The notes under the pieces: generated by a model | Databases searched by the model: none | The model's input: the letters and a program-made list of their open reading frames with translations, nothing else | Told to the model about the DNA's origin: nothing | Part shown: in pieces, positions 38,872 to 48,853 of the stretch | Layout: each line of letters opens with the position of its first letter | Position numbering within the stretch: position 1 is the first letter of the stretch | NCBI GenBank assembly: GCA_052034935.1 | Contig: JBPOIB010000006.1 | Span: 537 to 64,536 of the forward strand | From: Candidatus Moraniibacteriota bacterium | GTDB taxonomy: Bacteria > Patescibacteriota > Minisyncoccia > Moranbacterales > UBA1568 | Reading direction: 5' to 3' | DNA: 64,000 nucleotides | Position numbers and translations under genes: made by a program

Positions 38872-40965
38872 ATGCCCGAACTCAGCTTCACGACCCGGCT
38901 CGACACCCTTCCAACAATTAAGAAAACCTACTGGTACGGTTTGAAACGTCTCGGTATCGAAACTGTCCGCGATCTCTTTTACCATTTCCCGAGCCGCTAC
39001 GAGGACTACTCAGTCATCACCTCCATCGCCGAGCTCACCCCCGATACGAAAGTAACGGTCGAGGGCCTCGTCACCAAGCTCTCGGCCGGCAAAACTTGGA
39101 AACGAAAGCTTCTTCTGACCGAAGCCACAATCGAGGACGAGACCGGAACGCTTCGCGCTATCTGGTTCAATCAGCGTTTCGTCCAGACCGTTTTGAAGGA
39201 AGGCCAATCTGTCCGGCTCTCCGGAAAAATAGCGAGTGATCGCGGCGGGCTCGTGATGCAGTCCCCGGCGTTCGAGCGGGCCGAACGAGTCGCAACCCAT
39301 ACCGGCCGTGTCGTCCCCGCCTATCCAGAGACCGCTGGTCTGACCTCGAAATTCATCCGTTGGCAGATCGCTACTCTTTTTGAAAAACTGAAAACGATTC
39401 CCGATCCCATCTCAACCGATCTTATCGCTGATCTCCACCTCCCCGACCTCCGGACCGCTCTCGCGTATATTCATTTCCCGACTCAGGAGAAGCAAGTACT
39501 CCTCGCCGAGAAACGCTTCGCCTTCGAAGAAATGTTTTTCCTCCAACTGAAAAGCCTACAGGTCAAAGAGACCGCTGCCACAGGCAAAGCTACTGCTGTT
39601 TTACTCCGCCCTGAAGAAAAGAAAAAATTTCTCGAGTCCCTCAGCTTCACTCTCACGAACGCCCAACAAAAAGCGATCGCTGAAATCCTGAATGATCTCG
39701 AACGGTCACACCCTATGAATCGACTTTTGAACGGTGATGTCGGCAGCGGCAAGACCGTCGTCGCAGCGACCGCCATGCACGCAGTCACAGAAAGCGGATA
39801 TCAAGCGACGCTGCTCGCTCCGACCGAAGTGCTCGCCTTCCAGCATGCTGCCTCTTTTGAAAAACTCTTCGCCCCACTTGGCAAAAATGTCGCCCTCCTG
39901 ACCGGGAGTTCGGCTCTCCTCTCTGGTAAACCCATTAGCAAGAAGGCTCTTCTCCAAGCGATTGCCGCTGGTATCCCTGATATTGTCATCGGCACCCATG
40001 CGCTCCTCGAGGACCGGGTTCACTTCCACTCGCTCGCGCTTGTTGTCGTGGATGAACAACATCGCTTTGGCGTCGCGCAACGGGCGAGACTCCAAGAAAA
40101 AGCTTTTCAAAGCGAGGACGGATCAGATACAACCATTCCCCACTTTCTCACCATGACCGCGACGCCGATTCCGCGGACGCTCGCCCTCACCCTCTTCGGC
40201 AATCTCGACTTATCACTCCTCGACGAAATGCCGCGCAATCGTAAGCCGATCATCACCCGAGTCGCCGCAAGTGATGCTGCCCGAGAGAAGGTCTATGCCT
40301 TCATCGAACAAGAGCTAAAAAAAGGTCGCCAAGCTTTCGTTATCCTCCCCTTGGTTGAAACCAGTAAAGCGATGGAGGAGGTGAAGGCTGCTACGACGGA
40401 ACACCAGCGTCTCGCAGAACAGGTTTTTTCAAGCCGCTTGGTCGGACTCCTTCATGGCCGGATGAAAGCGAAGGAGAAAGAGGAAATCATGCGAGACTTC
40501 AAAGAGCGCAAACTCGATATCCTCGTCTCAACCGCCGTCGTTGAAGTTGGTATCGATATACCGAATGCAACCGTGATGCTCATCGAGGGCGCGGAGCGCT
40601 TCGGCCTCTCCCAGCTCCACCAGTTCAGAGGGCGAGTCGGACGAGGTACCGACCAGAGCTACTGTTTTCTCTTCCCGAGCGACGGCAAGAGTCCGGAAAG
40701 TGCCCGACTCCAGGCATTGGAAAAAACGAATAGTGGCTTTGAGCTCGCCGAAATCGACCTGAAGCTGCGTGGTCCCGGCGCCTTCCTCGGGACACGCCAG
40801 TCCGGCCTCCCGGATATCGCCATGGAACACCTGTCGAATGTAAAGCTCATTCAGATCGCGCGTGAAAAAGCAGCGAGTGTCCTCGCGACTGATCCCACAC
40901 TCACAAAGCATCCCCTTCTCAAAAAAGCTTTGCAGACCTTCGAGGAGCGAATACACTTGGAATAG
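38872..40965 (+). CDS. recG: ATP-dependent DNA helicase RecG.
   Basis: N-terminal wedge domain. Walker A GDVGSGKT, VDEQHRFG, helicase C motifs (QLHQFRGRVGRG). Confidence 0.9.
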   Translation: MPELSFTTRLDTLPTIKKTYWYGLKRLGIETVRDLFYHFPSRYEDYSVITSIAELTPDTKVTVEGLVTKLSAGKTWKRKLLLTEATIEDETGTLRAIWFNQRFVQTVLKEGQSVRLSGKIASDRGGLVMQSPAFERAERVATHTGRVVPAYPETAGLTSKFIRWQIATLFEKLKTIPDPISTDLIADLHLPDLRTALAYIHFPTQEKQVLLAEKRFAFEEMFFLQLKSLQVKETAATGKATAVLLRPEEKKKFLESLSFTLTNAQQKAIAEILNDLERSHPMNRLLNGDVGSGKTVVAATAMHAVTESGYQATLLAPTEVLAFQHAASFEKLFAPLGKNVALLTGSSALLSGKPISKKALLQAIAAGIPDIVIGTHALLEDRVHFHSLALVVVDEQHRFGVAQRARLQEKAFQSEDGSDTTIPHFLTMTATPIPRTLALTLFGNLDLSLLDEMPRNRKPIITRVAASDAAREKVYAFIEQELKKGRQAFVILPLVETSKAMEEVKAATTEHQRLAEQVFSSRLVGLLHGRMKAKEKEEIMRDFKERKLDILVSTAVVEVGIDIPNATVMLIEGAERFGLSQLHQFRGRVGRGTDQSYCFLFPSDGKSPESARLQALEKTNSGFELAEIDLKLRGPGAFLGTRQSGLPDIAMEHLSNVKLIQIAREKAASVLATDPTLTKHPLLKKALQTFEERIHLE

Positions 40966-40993
40966 TGTTGATTATCCTCTTACCACAGCCCTT

Positions 40994-41326
40994 ATGCACC
41001 AACCCGTTTTTCCATCATCCAAAGACTATTTCGACATGGCTGCCAAATTACATGCCCTCATTATTGCCGAATTTAACAACGCCTCGACGAGTGATCTCCC
41101 TGTTGTTTACCCGCGGCTCGTCATTATGTATGAATTCTTTCGTCTCATTCGCGGCGAGGCTTTCTTGACTGTACGACCCAGTGTCGAGGAAAAACAGCAG
41201 CAGTTGTACGCCATGGAAGATGAAATAGGAACTCGGCTGAAACACGTAAGACAGACGCTTAGTCCGCAAGATGAGTCTCTGCGCTTCCATATCGATGAAG
41301 CGAAACACTTCTTCGATATCAGTTAG
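40994..41326 (+). CDS. Hypothetical protein (110 aa).
   Basis: ORF only. Confidence 0.35.
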   Translation: MHQPVFPSSKDYFDMAAKLHALIIAEFNNASTSDLPVVYPRLVIMYEFFRLIRGEAFLTVRPSVEEKQQQLYAMEDEIGTRLKHVRQTLSPQDESLRFHIDEAKHFFDIS

Positions 41327-41341
41327 GACGCCTTCGAAAAA

Positions 41342-43054
41342 CTATTTGCGCATTTTTTCGGTGACCCAGAACTCACCGAAATAACGCTTGGTAAGAAGAC
41401 GGGTTTGAGAATCGATTGCGGGGATAGCAGAAAGGAAGGCGACCAGTGGCACGAGTATCCACTGGAAGAACATGAGGAAAGTCCGCGCCCAGTGATAGCG
41501 CTTCGGTCGTGGTGGTAGCGTGAGGAGCGACATCGGAATTGAGACGAGCAGCCCAGCCATCCCGAGCGTCATGAGCGTCCGGGTGAAGAACGGCAAGTTA
41601 TGAGCGAGTACGCTTTCCTTGAACATCTCGCCGCCGAGAAAGAGTGGGAGCCAACCGAGAAAGGTCAAAAGAAAAGAAGTTGTCGCCCACGAGTAGTGAC
41701 CTTCAAGCATCTCGAAGAGGATGCGGAGTTTCGTCCGGACTTTGATGCCTGCATCGGGCCAAATCGCGCGCATCGTCACCGGAAAATTCTCGATGCCGTA
41801 TGCCCAACGTCTTTTCTGCTTGTATTGATTCACAATCGTTTTCCAGTATGTCGGGGCGAGCACAGCGTCGAGCGACACCGGCAGGTGCACCGGCTGCACA
41901 CGATAGTCGCCATGGAAGTATGAAAGGCATTTCCAGTAGATGACGGAGTCTTCGCTAATCATATTGACCGGCCAGAAATTCACTTTGACGAGCGTATCGA
42001 ACGGTTCGGAATGCGAAGAGAACGTCACCATCTCGCGTCGCGTCGATTGGTAGAGGTGCCAGAACGACGAACCGGTCACGACAAGCCGGACGAAAGCATT
42101 CGTGTCCCAGAGATTGTTGTGGTACATCGGGAGCGGCTGATACGCGCGCTGAAGCCGCTTCGGATCAGTCGTGTAGTGGTACGTCAATGCCGGGAAGTAG
42201 TCCGGGTGCACGACCGAGTCGCAGTCGAAGTTTGAGAAGATGACGCGTTTGTAGTCGATTCCCTTGCTATCGAGATACTTCATGAGCTCGCGCGCCGCGA
42301 ACGTTGCGTTGGAGGCCTTGCATTTCATCTCGCCTGTCTCGACGATATGCGTCGTCACGAGGAAATCTCGGAAAAGATGGCCGAATTTCTTCTGGAGTGC
42401 TTCGACTTTCGGCAGCCGCGTCGCCGGATCTTCGCGCTCTTCAGTGGCGAGGAGAACGATGATTTGGTCGAGTGGGAAGCGCGACTTGGCCAAGGACTCG
42501 ACGGCCGGTTCAATCACTTCGACCGGTTCCCCAGCCGTCGGCAAGAGCACAACATGAACCACTTCACGCCAGTCCATAATCTGTTTTTCGACTGGCACCA
42601 GCTTCTTTGTCTCGGCCAGAATGCGTTTGGTCCGAGCGATTCTCTGACGCAGACCGCGGCGCTTCCGCCATTCGCCGATACCCCGCGATGCTTTGATTTC
42701 TGTTTTCAGTGCAACAATCCGCGCCGTCAGTTTTTCGATATATTCGGTCGGATGAAGGGACTCCTCATAGCGCTCTTTCCAGTCGATACGTTTGCCTTCA
42801 GCGATGTTCCACTGCGCCTGAAGTGAGAAGATGGAGATGTAGATCGCACGGTAGATCCAATACGTATCGAAGACAATGATGAAGACCGCCGCCGCAACTG
42901 GCGCAAATACGGAAAGGAAGATCATGCCGATGAGCGTCGTCCAAGTCAGCGTTCCCGGTATCATCTCGAGCGCACGCTGAACGAACCGTTCCTTCGGGAC
43001 GGTCGTTTTCGGATCAGGGAAGGCGAATGGCGTCGAATCGGCCCGTACTGTCAT
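41342..43054 (-). CDS. Processive family-2 glycosyltransferase, cellulose-synthase-like. Polytopic membrane protein.
   Basis: DxD-type motifs. Q(Y)KQKRRWAYG (QxxRW) motif. Multiple TM helices N- and C-terminal. Confidence 0.7.
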   Translation of the reverse strand: MTVRADSTPFAFPDPKTTVPKERFVQRALEMIPGTLTWTTLIGMIFLSVFAPVAAAVFIIVFDTYWIYRAIYISIFSLQAQWNIAEGKRIDWKERYEESLHPTEYIEKLTARIVALKTEIKASRGIGEWRKRRGLRQRIARTKRILAETKKLVPVEKQIMDWREVVHVVLLPTAGEPVEVIEPAVESLAKSRFPLDQIIVLLATEEREDPATRLPKVEALQKKFGHLFRDFLVTTHIVETGEMKCKASNATFAARELMKYLDSKGIDYKRVIFSNFDCDSVVHPDYFPALTYHYTTDPKRLQRAYQPLPMYHNNLWDTNAFVRLVVTGSSFWHLYQSTRREMVTFSSHSEPFDTLVKVNFWPVNMISEDSVIYWKCLSYFHGDYRVQPVHLPVSLDAVLAPTYWKTIVNQYKQKRRWAYGIENFPVTMRAIWPDAGIKVRTKLRILFEMLEGHYSWATTSFLLTFLGWLPLFLGGEMFKESVLAHNLPFFTRTLMTLGMAGLLVSIPMSLLTLPPRPKRYHWARTFLMFFQWILVPLVAFLSAIPAIDSQTRLLTKRYFGEFWVTEKMRK

Positions 43055-43115
43055 ATGATTCAGTATACGGCATCTCCTGGAAGGGAGCGTGGTATGATAG
43101 CAGCATTACTGATTT

Positions 43116-44375
43116 GTGACAACGCTTGCTATGCCATTTCCAAAAGACTTTCTCTGGGGCGCCGCGACTGCTTCGCACCAAGTCGAAGGCAATAACCATA
43201 ACGACTGGAGCGAATGGGAGAAAGCGAATGCCGAACGTCTTGCCAGCGAATCGAAACAATCGTTCTGGTGGAATCCGAATTGGCAGAAATTCGAGCCCGA
43301 AGCGACGGACCCAGCCAACTACCTGTCCGGTACGGCCTGCGATCACTGGAACCGCTACGCCGAAGATTTTGATATCCTGAAAGATCTCGGCCTCGATGCC
43401 TATCGGTTCTCGATTGAATGGTCACGCATCGAACCCGAAGAAGGAAAATTCGACGAGGCCTCTCTCGAACACTATCGAGAAATGATCGCCGCGCTTCGGG
43501 CGAGAAATATCAAGCCCTTCGTGACCCTCTGGCATTGGACGCTCCCCCTCTGGCTCGCGAAAAAAGGAGGTGTTGATGCATCTCATTTTACCGACTGTTT
43601 CGTACGCTACGCAAAAAAAGTAGCCGAAACCATCGGCCAAGACGTACATTTTTGGGTAACGCTCAATGAGCCCGATGTATACACAGGCCATAGCCGTCTG
43701 CGTGGCGCCTGGCCGCCGCAAGAAAAAAGTTATTCTTCAGCCTTCCGTATCTACCGCAAACTTGCCCGGACGCATCGCCTTACTTATCGCGCAATAAAAA
43801 ACATGTACCCATCGGCCCAGATCGGAATCGCGAAGCACAATATTTGGTTCGAAGCAGCCAACGGACGGTGGATCAATCGAGTTCTTAAAGCCTGTATCGA
43901 TCAGCTCTGGAACTACTGGTTTCTGCAGATGATAAGCGCTGAGCAAGACTTCATCGGCCTCAACCACTACAACCATCATCGGATCGACGGCTGGTTCAAT
44001 CGGAACGAGAATAAGGTTCAGACTGATTTCGGCTGGGAATATTATCCCAACTCCCTCTATCACGCACTCGTTGAATTACGAAAATATCAGAAACCAATTT
44101 ATATCACTGAAAACGGAATCGCTGATGCCTCGGACGAACTCCGCCGGAAGTTCATCCCCGCGGCAGTGAGCGCCGTCGAAAAAGCAATCGCCGATGGCAT
44201 CGACGTTCGTGGTTATTTCTACTGGTCGCTGCTCGATAACTTCGAATGGGACAAAGGCTACTGGCTGAAATTCGGCCTCGTCGCTGTCGACCGGTCGACG
44301 CAAAAGCGCACTGTCCGAGAAAGTGCCCGGCAGTATTCAGCACTCGTTGCGAAATACCGATCCGAAGAAAAATAA
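43116..44375 (+). CDS. Glycoside hydrolase family 1 beta-glucosidase.
   Basis: FLWGAATASHQVEG and LNEP nucleophile region, ITENG catalytic motif. Confidence 0.85.
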   Translation: MTTLAMPFPKDFLWGAATASHQVEGNNHNDWSEWEKANAERLASESKQSFWWNPNWQKFEPEATDPANYLSGTACDHWNRYAEDFDILKDLGLDAYRFSIEWSRIEPEEGKFDEASLEHYREMIAALRARNIKPFVTLWHWTLPLWLAKKGGVDASHFTDCFVRYAKKVAETIGQDVHFWVTLNEPDVYTGHSRLRGAWPPQEKSYSSAFRIYRKLARTHRLTYRAIKNMYPSAQIGIAKHNIWFEAANGRWINRVLKACIDQLWNYWFLQMISAEQDFIGLNHYNHHRIDGWFNRNENKVQTDFGWEYYPNSLYHALVELRKYQKPIYITENGIADASDELRRKFIPAAVSAVEKAIADGIDVRGYFYWSLLDNFEWDKGYWLKFGLVAVDRSTQKRTVRESARQYSALVAKYRSEEK

Positions 44376-44388
44376 CGCCTAAAAATTC

Positions 44389-44432
44389 AAAGTCCCTGGC
44401 ACGCAGTACGTGGCAGGGACTTCTTTTGAACG
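44389..44432. terminator. Imperfect hairpin terminator between convergent genes.
   Basis: AGTCCCTGGCAC...GTGGCAGGGACT stem followed by TCTTTTG. Confidence 0.4.
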
Positions 44433-44441
44433 CCGATTGAA

Positions 44442-44699
44442 TCAGCGGCGCTGACTGGTCGGACTTGGGAGACCGAGCACCTGAGCATCGACATCGTCGT
44501 CACCGTAGAGGTAGTCCTCTGACTCCTTCTTGACGACACGCTTGTAGGCGCGCTGCGCTGCGAACATCGCTCGAGCTTGGCGCGACCAGGGTACCCGACG
44601 GAACATCCGCCACGAAGCCCAGGCGAAAACAAGTATGCCGAGTGCAATCCAGAACAAGATGCCCGAGTATTGGAAAAACGTACGGAGATCGTCGGTCAT
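44442..44699 (-). CDS. Small membrane protein (1 TM).
   Basis: ILFWIALGILVFAWASW hydrophobic helix. Confidence 0.4.
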   Translation of the reverse strand: MTDDLRTFFQYSGILFWIALGILVFAWASWRMFRRVPWSRQARAMFAAQRAYKRVVKKESEDYLYGDDDVDAQVLGLPSPTSQRR

Positions 44700-44884
44700 G
44701 TAACCCTCTCAAGTTGCGGTTTGGTTGTGGGCAAAGGAACAAATACGACTAGAAGAGTATAGCATGAAAAACTACTGTTGTCAATCATCGGCTTTATACT
44801 CACTCCCCTTGATAAATCAGGCTGATATGCTACAGTAGCGATGCCTTCAACGAGGCTTTTTTTGTCGAAAAAGCAGAACTGAAT

Positions 44885-44945
44885 GGCCCCAGCATCCTCT
44901 GCCATGCAGACGGGTCTACCGGTTAGGACTGTCCTAACCGATTGA
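44885..44945 (+). pseudogene. tRNA-Glu 5'-fragment-like sequence (degenerate partial duplicate).
   Basis: ATGGCCCCA...TCTACCGGTTAGGAC parallels ATGGCCCCATCGTCTATCGGTTAGGAC of the intact tRNA-Glu 110 nt downstream. Followed by a GGTTAGGAC/GTCCTAACC hairpin. Confidence 0.4.
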
Positions 44946-44994
44946 AAGATAAGCGCCAGAAGTTATTCGCCAGCCTGCAGATTCCAGCAGACAT

Positions 44995-45066
44995 GGCCCC
45001 ATCGTCTATCGGTTAGGACGCCAGGTTTTCATCCTGGTAAGAGGGGTTCGATTCCCCTTGGGGCTA
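44995..45066 (+). tRNA. tRNA-Glu (anticodon TTC).
   Basis: Acceptor GGCCCCA, anticodon loop TTTTCAT, T-arm AGGGGTTCGATTCCCCT. Confidence 0.85.
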
Positions 45067-45190
45067 CGTGAGGTATAAATCCCGCTTTATGCGGGGTTTT
45101 ATTTTATAATTTCAGGGGAAAGCATCCTCTATTTTTTTACTTTTCTGAAGCGTATATACTAAAAATGTTCATCTAACCCAGGAGGTCTTT

Positions 45191-45427
45191 ATGCCGCCAG
45201 TTCCCTGGCAGTATTTACTGCCCTTCTCCGGATCCGATGACGACGACCAGTCGAACAAACCGGCCCCGCCGATCTCCGATTTCGATAACAGCTCCATACT
45301 CGGAATCGCTGATCCCAAAGAACGTGCCGAGCAGATTGCTCGTGCTCTCGCCGCGGGAGTGCCAGGAGCTAACATCAAGACGCTCGCCGCGTCCGTGCTC
45401 GATGGAATTCTCGGTCGCGACCACTGA
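45191..45427 (+). CDS. Hypothetical small acidic protein (78 aa).
   Basis: CCAGGAGG lies upstream of the ATG. Confidence 0.4.
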   Translation: MPPVPWQYLLPFSGSDDDDQSNKPAPPISDFDNSSILGIADPKERAEQIARALAAGVPGANIKTLAASVLDGILGRDH

Positions 45428-45610
45428 TGCAGAGATCCCATCTTCTTCCCCTCTCGCTCTGAATCAGAGCCGGAGGGATTGTTTTTACTTTTTTTGTTTC
45501 ACTGACTTTCATATAAAAGTTCGCTATTTATCGTAAGGGAGAGTATACTAGAAGAACTAGAGAGCTCTTAATATACAACCGTATGGTTCTACCCGTTCTC
45601 CTCGAACCGT

Positions 45611-45994
45611 GTGTTTGTAATTATTAGTCTCAATCCTATGGATGCAATGTCATCTGGCAGCACGCAGCCCCTCTATCGCGGGACGCAGATCGTCTGGTAT
45701 ATTCTCGGCCTCGTCGAAGTCCTTCTCGCTTTCCGTCTCGTACTGAAGCTTCTCGGCGCCAATGCCGGTGCTGGGTTCACGAACTTCATCTACGCCGTGA
45801 CCGGGCCATTTGCGGCGCCGTTCACTTCCGTTTTCCGCGTCTCCAAAGCTCAAGGCAGCATCTTTGAATGGACCACTATTCTCGCAATGTTCGTCTATTT
45901 CGTCATCGCTTGGGGCATCATCAAGCTCCTCGTAATGAGCATGAGCGTCTCCACACCAGAGGCTGCCGTGAAACTTGATCAAGAAAACAACTAA
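45611..45994 (+). CDS. YggT-family membrane protein.
   Basis: Two-TM architecture with VWYILGLVEVLLAFRLVLKLLGAN characteristic of YggT/Ycf19. Confidence 0.6.
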   Translation: MFVIISLNPMDAMSSGSTQPLYRGTQIVWYILGLVEVLLAFRLVLKLLGANAGAGFTNFIYAVTGPFAAPFTSVFRVSKAQGSIFEWTTILAMFVYFVIAWGIIKLLVMSMSVSTPEAAVKLDQENN

Positions 45995-46008
45995 CACTCA
46001 CCACACCT

Positions 46009-46257
46009 ATGAGCCTTTTCGTTTACATCATCTTCGGTGGCATCGTCGGCTGGGTCGCATCGCTCGTCATGAAGACGGACGGTGAGCAAGGGATTCTCCT
46101 TAATGTGATTGTCGGTATCATCGGCGCTTCCCTCGGTAGTTATCTCGTCAGCTTCTTCGGCTACGGCGGCGTAAGCGGCTTCAATCTCTGGAGCTTTCTC
46201 GTAGCCCTCATCGGTGCGGTCGTTCTCATCGCAATTGTCAAATCCATTCGACGCTAA
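46009..46257 (+). CDS. GlsB/YeaQ/YmgE family (transglycosylase-associated) small membrane protein.
   Basis: IIFGGIVGWVASLVM and IVGIIGASLGSYL motifs. Confidence 0.75.
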   Translation: MSLFVYIIFGGIVGWVASLVMKTDGEQGILLNVIVGIIGASLGSYLVSFFGYGGVSGFNLWSFLVALIGAVVLIAIVKSIRR

Positions 46258-46282
46258 GTCGGTCGGCAATTCCACGGTCAAA

Positions 46283-46312
46283 AACCCTCTCTTCTGGAGG
46301 GTTTTTGATTTT
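46283..46312 (+). terminator. Rho-independent terminator.
   Basis: AACCCTC...GAGGGTT stem followed by TTTGATTTT. Confidence 0.55.
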
Positions 46313-46335
46313 CCTGGTACACTGCCCCCGATAAT

Positions 46336-46914
46336 ATGTTTCTCGACATCAAACTTGGGCTCCTCTGGGGCTTTCTGGTAGGACTCTTTTTCGAACAAAC
46401 ACTGACACCGGGATGGCTACTTGCTGGAGTCATTTTCGCTTTGATCCCTGATATCGACTTCTGGATCGAGTACACAATGCGTGGCACCGTCGGCGGCAAA
46501 ACTATGGGTACCCATCGCGCGCTTCTGCATAATCCGATTACCTACATTCCGGTCGCCCTGTTTATCGGCACCTACTTCGGACCGGCCTGGATGACACTCT
46601 TCGCACTCGGAGTCTTCGGACATTTCATCCATGATCTCTCCGGCATGGGCCTCGGCATCCGGCTTTTCTGGCCATTCTCAGATCGCTGGTACAAGTTTTT
46701 CTCAAGCAAAGACGGCGAGATTCATTTCGACTTCGATCATTTCCTCTGTTCGTGGTCGCCCGAAGAAATGAAAGCGCTTGTCGCAACCCGAGGTAACGAT
46801 AACTGGATCAAAGAGGAGCTTAGCTATCTATATCGGCATCGATTTTCGATTGTCCTCAAACTTGTTGCCGTGTTTGTCGGTATCGCCGTGCTTATCGCTA
46901 TTCTCCCACTCTGA
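46336..46914 (+). CDS. Membrane-bound metal-dependent hydrolase (YdjM/DUF457-like).
   Basis: Four TM with conserved His residues (GTHRALLHNP, GHFIHD). Confidence 0.55.
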   Translation: MFLDIKLGLLWGFLVGLFFEQTLTPGWLLAGVIFALIPDIDFWIEYTMRGTVGGKTMGTHRALLHNPITYIPVALFIGTYFGPAWMTLFALGVFGHFIHDLSGMGLGIRLFWPFSDRWYKFFSSKDGEIHFDFDHFLCSWSPEEMKALVATRGNDNWIKEELSYLYRHRFSIVLKLVAVFVGIAVLIAILPL

Positions 46915-46970
46915 AAAGCCTTGTCGTTTCCTGTTCCACCCGGTAGAGTGGGGTTGCTCCGAATTTCCTT

Positions 46971-48038
46971 ATGCTGAGAATCCTTGCTATCGAAACCTCC
47001 TGTGACGAGACGGCCGCCGCTGTCATCGGTCTTGATGGTGCCTCTCCCGCTGTACTCTCAAGCATCGTGTCCTCTCAGGCTGAGCTCCATGCAAAATGGG
47101 GTGGGGTGATACCCAATCTCGCCGCCCGCGAACATGTGAAAAATATCCTCCCGGTGGTGGAAAGTGCCCTTCATGAAGCTGCCGTAACACCGAACGACAT
47201 CGAAGCAGTCATCGTCACGAAAGGACCGGGACTCATTCCGGCGCTTTTGGTCGGAGTCTCGGCCGCCAAGACACTCGCCCTTGCCTGGCAGAAACCGCTC
47301 CTCGGCGTAAATCACCTCGAGGGCCACATCTATGCCAATCTCTTTACGCCTGGTGCTGAACTTCGCTTCCCGCTTCTCGCGCTGATCGTTTCCGGGGGAC
47401 ACACCCAGCTCATCCTCATGCGCGACCACTTCGAGTATGAACTCCTCGGCGAGACTGATGATGATGCGGCGGGCGAAGCCTTTGATAAAGTGGCTAAGAT
47501 GCTCGGCCTCCCCTACCCCGGTGGTCCGGAGATTGGCAAACGCGCTGACGCGTATCGCACCACCAGAGAGCGCGCACCAGCAAAAAGATTTCCCCGCCCC
47601 ATGCTTGACGCTGACAACTATCGTTTCTCTTTTTCCGGACTCAAGACATCAGTCCTCTACTCGCTCAAGAAAGAACCAGCAGAAAAATTGAATGATCCGG
47701 ATTTTGTTGCCGAGACAGCGTATGAATTCCAAGAGGCGGTCGTTGATACCCTCGTTGGGAAAACTGAACGCGCCATTCAAGAATTCCAGCCAAAAACACT
47801 TGTCATCGCCGGTGGTGTCTCAGCTAATATACGCCTCCGCGAGCAAATGGAGGGTATGGTCACCGCTTATTCCGACTGCCAATTCCTCATGCCACCCTTC
47901 CAATTCTCGCTCGATAATGCCGCGATGATCGGTGCAGCCGGGGTCCTCCGCTATGTCCGGATGACCGAAGAAGAACGTGCGGCGGCGAAAGAGAATGCTT
48001 TCTCGCTCGAACCCTCAGCCCATTTCCCACTGGCATAA
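46971..48038 (+). CDS. tsaD: tRNA N6-adenosine threonylcarbamoyltransferase TsaD (Kae1/Qri7 family).
   Basis: MLRILAIETSCDETAAAVI N-terminus. HLEGH and SGGVSAN motifs. Confidence 0.9.
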   Translation: MLRILAIETSCDETAAAVIGLDGASPAVLSSIVSSQAELHAKWGGVIPNLAAREHVKNILPVVESALHEAAVTPNDIEAVIVTKGPGLIPALLVGVSAAKTLALAWQKPLLGVNHLEGHIYANLFTPGAELRFPLLALIVSGGHTQLILMRDHFEYELLGETDDDAAGEAFDKVAKMLGLPYPGGPEIGKRADAYRTTRERAPAKRFPRPMLDADNYRFSFSGLKTSVLYSLKKEPAEKLNDPDFVAETAYEFQEAVVDTLVGKTERAIQEFQPKTLVIAGGVSANIRLREQMEGMVTAYSDCQFLMPPFQFSLDNAAMIGAAGVLRYVRMTEEERAAAKENAFSLEPSAHFPLA

Positions 48039-48068
48039 TTCACACTCAGCAATACACATAGACCCCAA

Positions 48069-48803
48069 ATGATTATCCAGGCAATCAAAACTGAACGTGT
48101 CACACCGGAAAAACAGTCTTTACTCCACTTTCTGGATGACTCGCTTTCAGATTTTTCAGATGGCTCTATCCTTGTCATCACCTCAAAAATTGTCGCTCTT
48201 TGCGAGGGACGTTTTATTCCAAAGACGAGCGGCATTACCGATGAGACAGTCGCTGCCGAGGCCGACTACTACTTGCCGAAAGAGGCGAGCCCATACGGTG
48301 TCCCGCTCACCATCCGCGACAACACCTTCGTCGCGAGAGCGGGAATCGATGCATCCAATACCGATGGTGTCTATTCTCTTCTCCCGATCGACAGCTACGC
48401 GACGGCGCGCTTGGTTCGAGAATATCTGATGGGACGATTCAAGGTAAACAATATCGGTGTCATCATTTCTGACAGCCACTCGACCCCGCTCCGTCGTGGC
48501 GTCACCGGGGTCGCGATCGGCTGGAGTGGTTTCATCGGACTGAAGAGCTACGAAAATACACCCGACATCTTCGGTCACACATTCACTACCCACACCAATA
48601 TCGTCGATGCCCTCGCAACGTCAGCCGTACTTACTATGGGTGAAGGGGCCGAGCAAACACCACTCGCTACCATTACCGATGTTCCCTTTGTTGAATTCAA
48701 TACTGACTCACCGACCGCTGAAGAGCTCGCCTACTTCAAACCGAAGCTCGAGGATGACCTCTTTGCGCCACTCATGAATTATTCAACGCTTCGAAAAGGG
48801 TAG
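48069..48803 (+). CDS. CofE-family (F420-0:gamma-glutamyl ligase-like) protein.
   Basis: ILVITSKIVALCEGR, AGIDASN and GVIISDSHSTPLRRGVTGVAIGWSG blocks align with archaeal CofE as recalled. Confidence 0.65.
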   Translation: MIIQAIKTERVTPEKQSLLHFLDDSLSDFSDGSILVITSKIVALCEGRFIPKTSGITDETVAAEADYYLPKEASPYGVPLTIRDNTFVARAGIDASNTDGVYSLLPIDSYATARLVREYLMGRFKVNNIGVIISDSHSTPLRRGVTGVAIGWSGFIGLKSYENTPDIFGHTFTTHTNIVDALATSAVLTMGEGAEQTPLATITDVPFVEFNTDSPTAEELAYFKPKLEDDLFAPLMNYSTLRKG

Positions 48804-48853
48804 CGACTATAGGTCTCTTTTTCCTTGAATCCAAGCCTTTTTCGTGGTATTTT

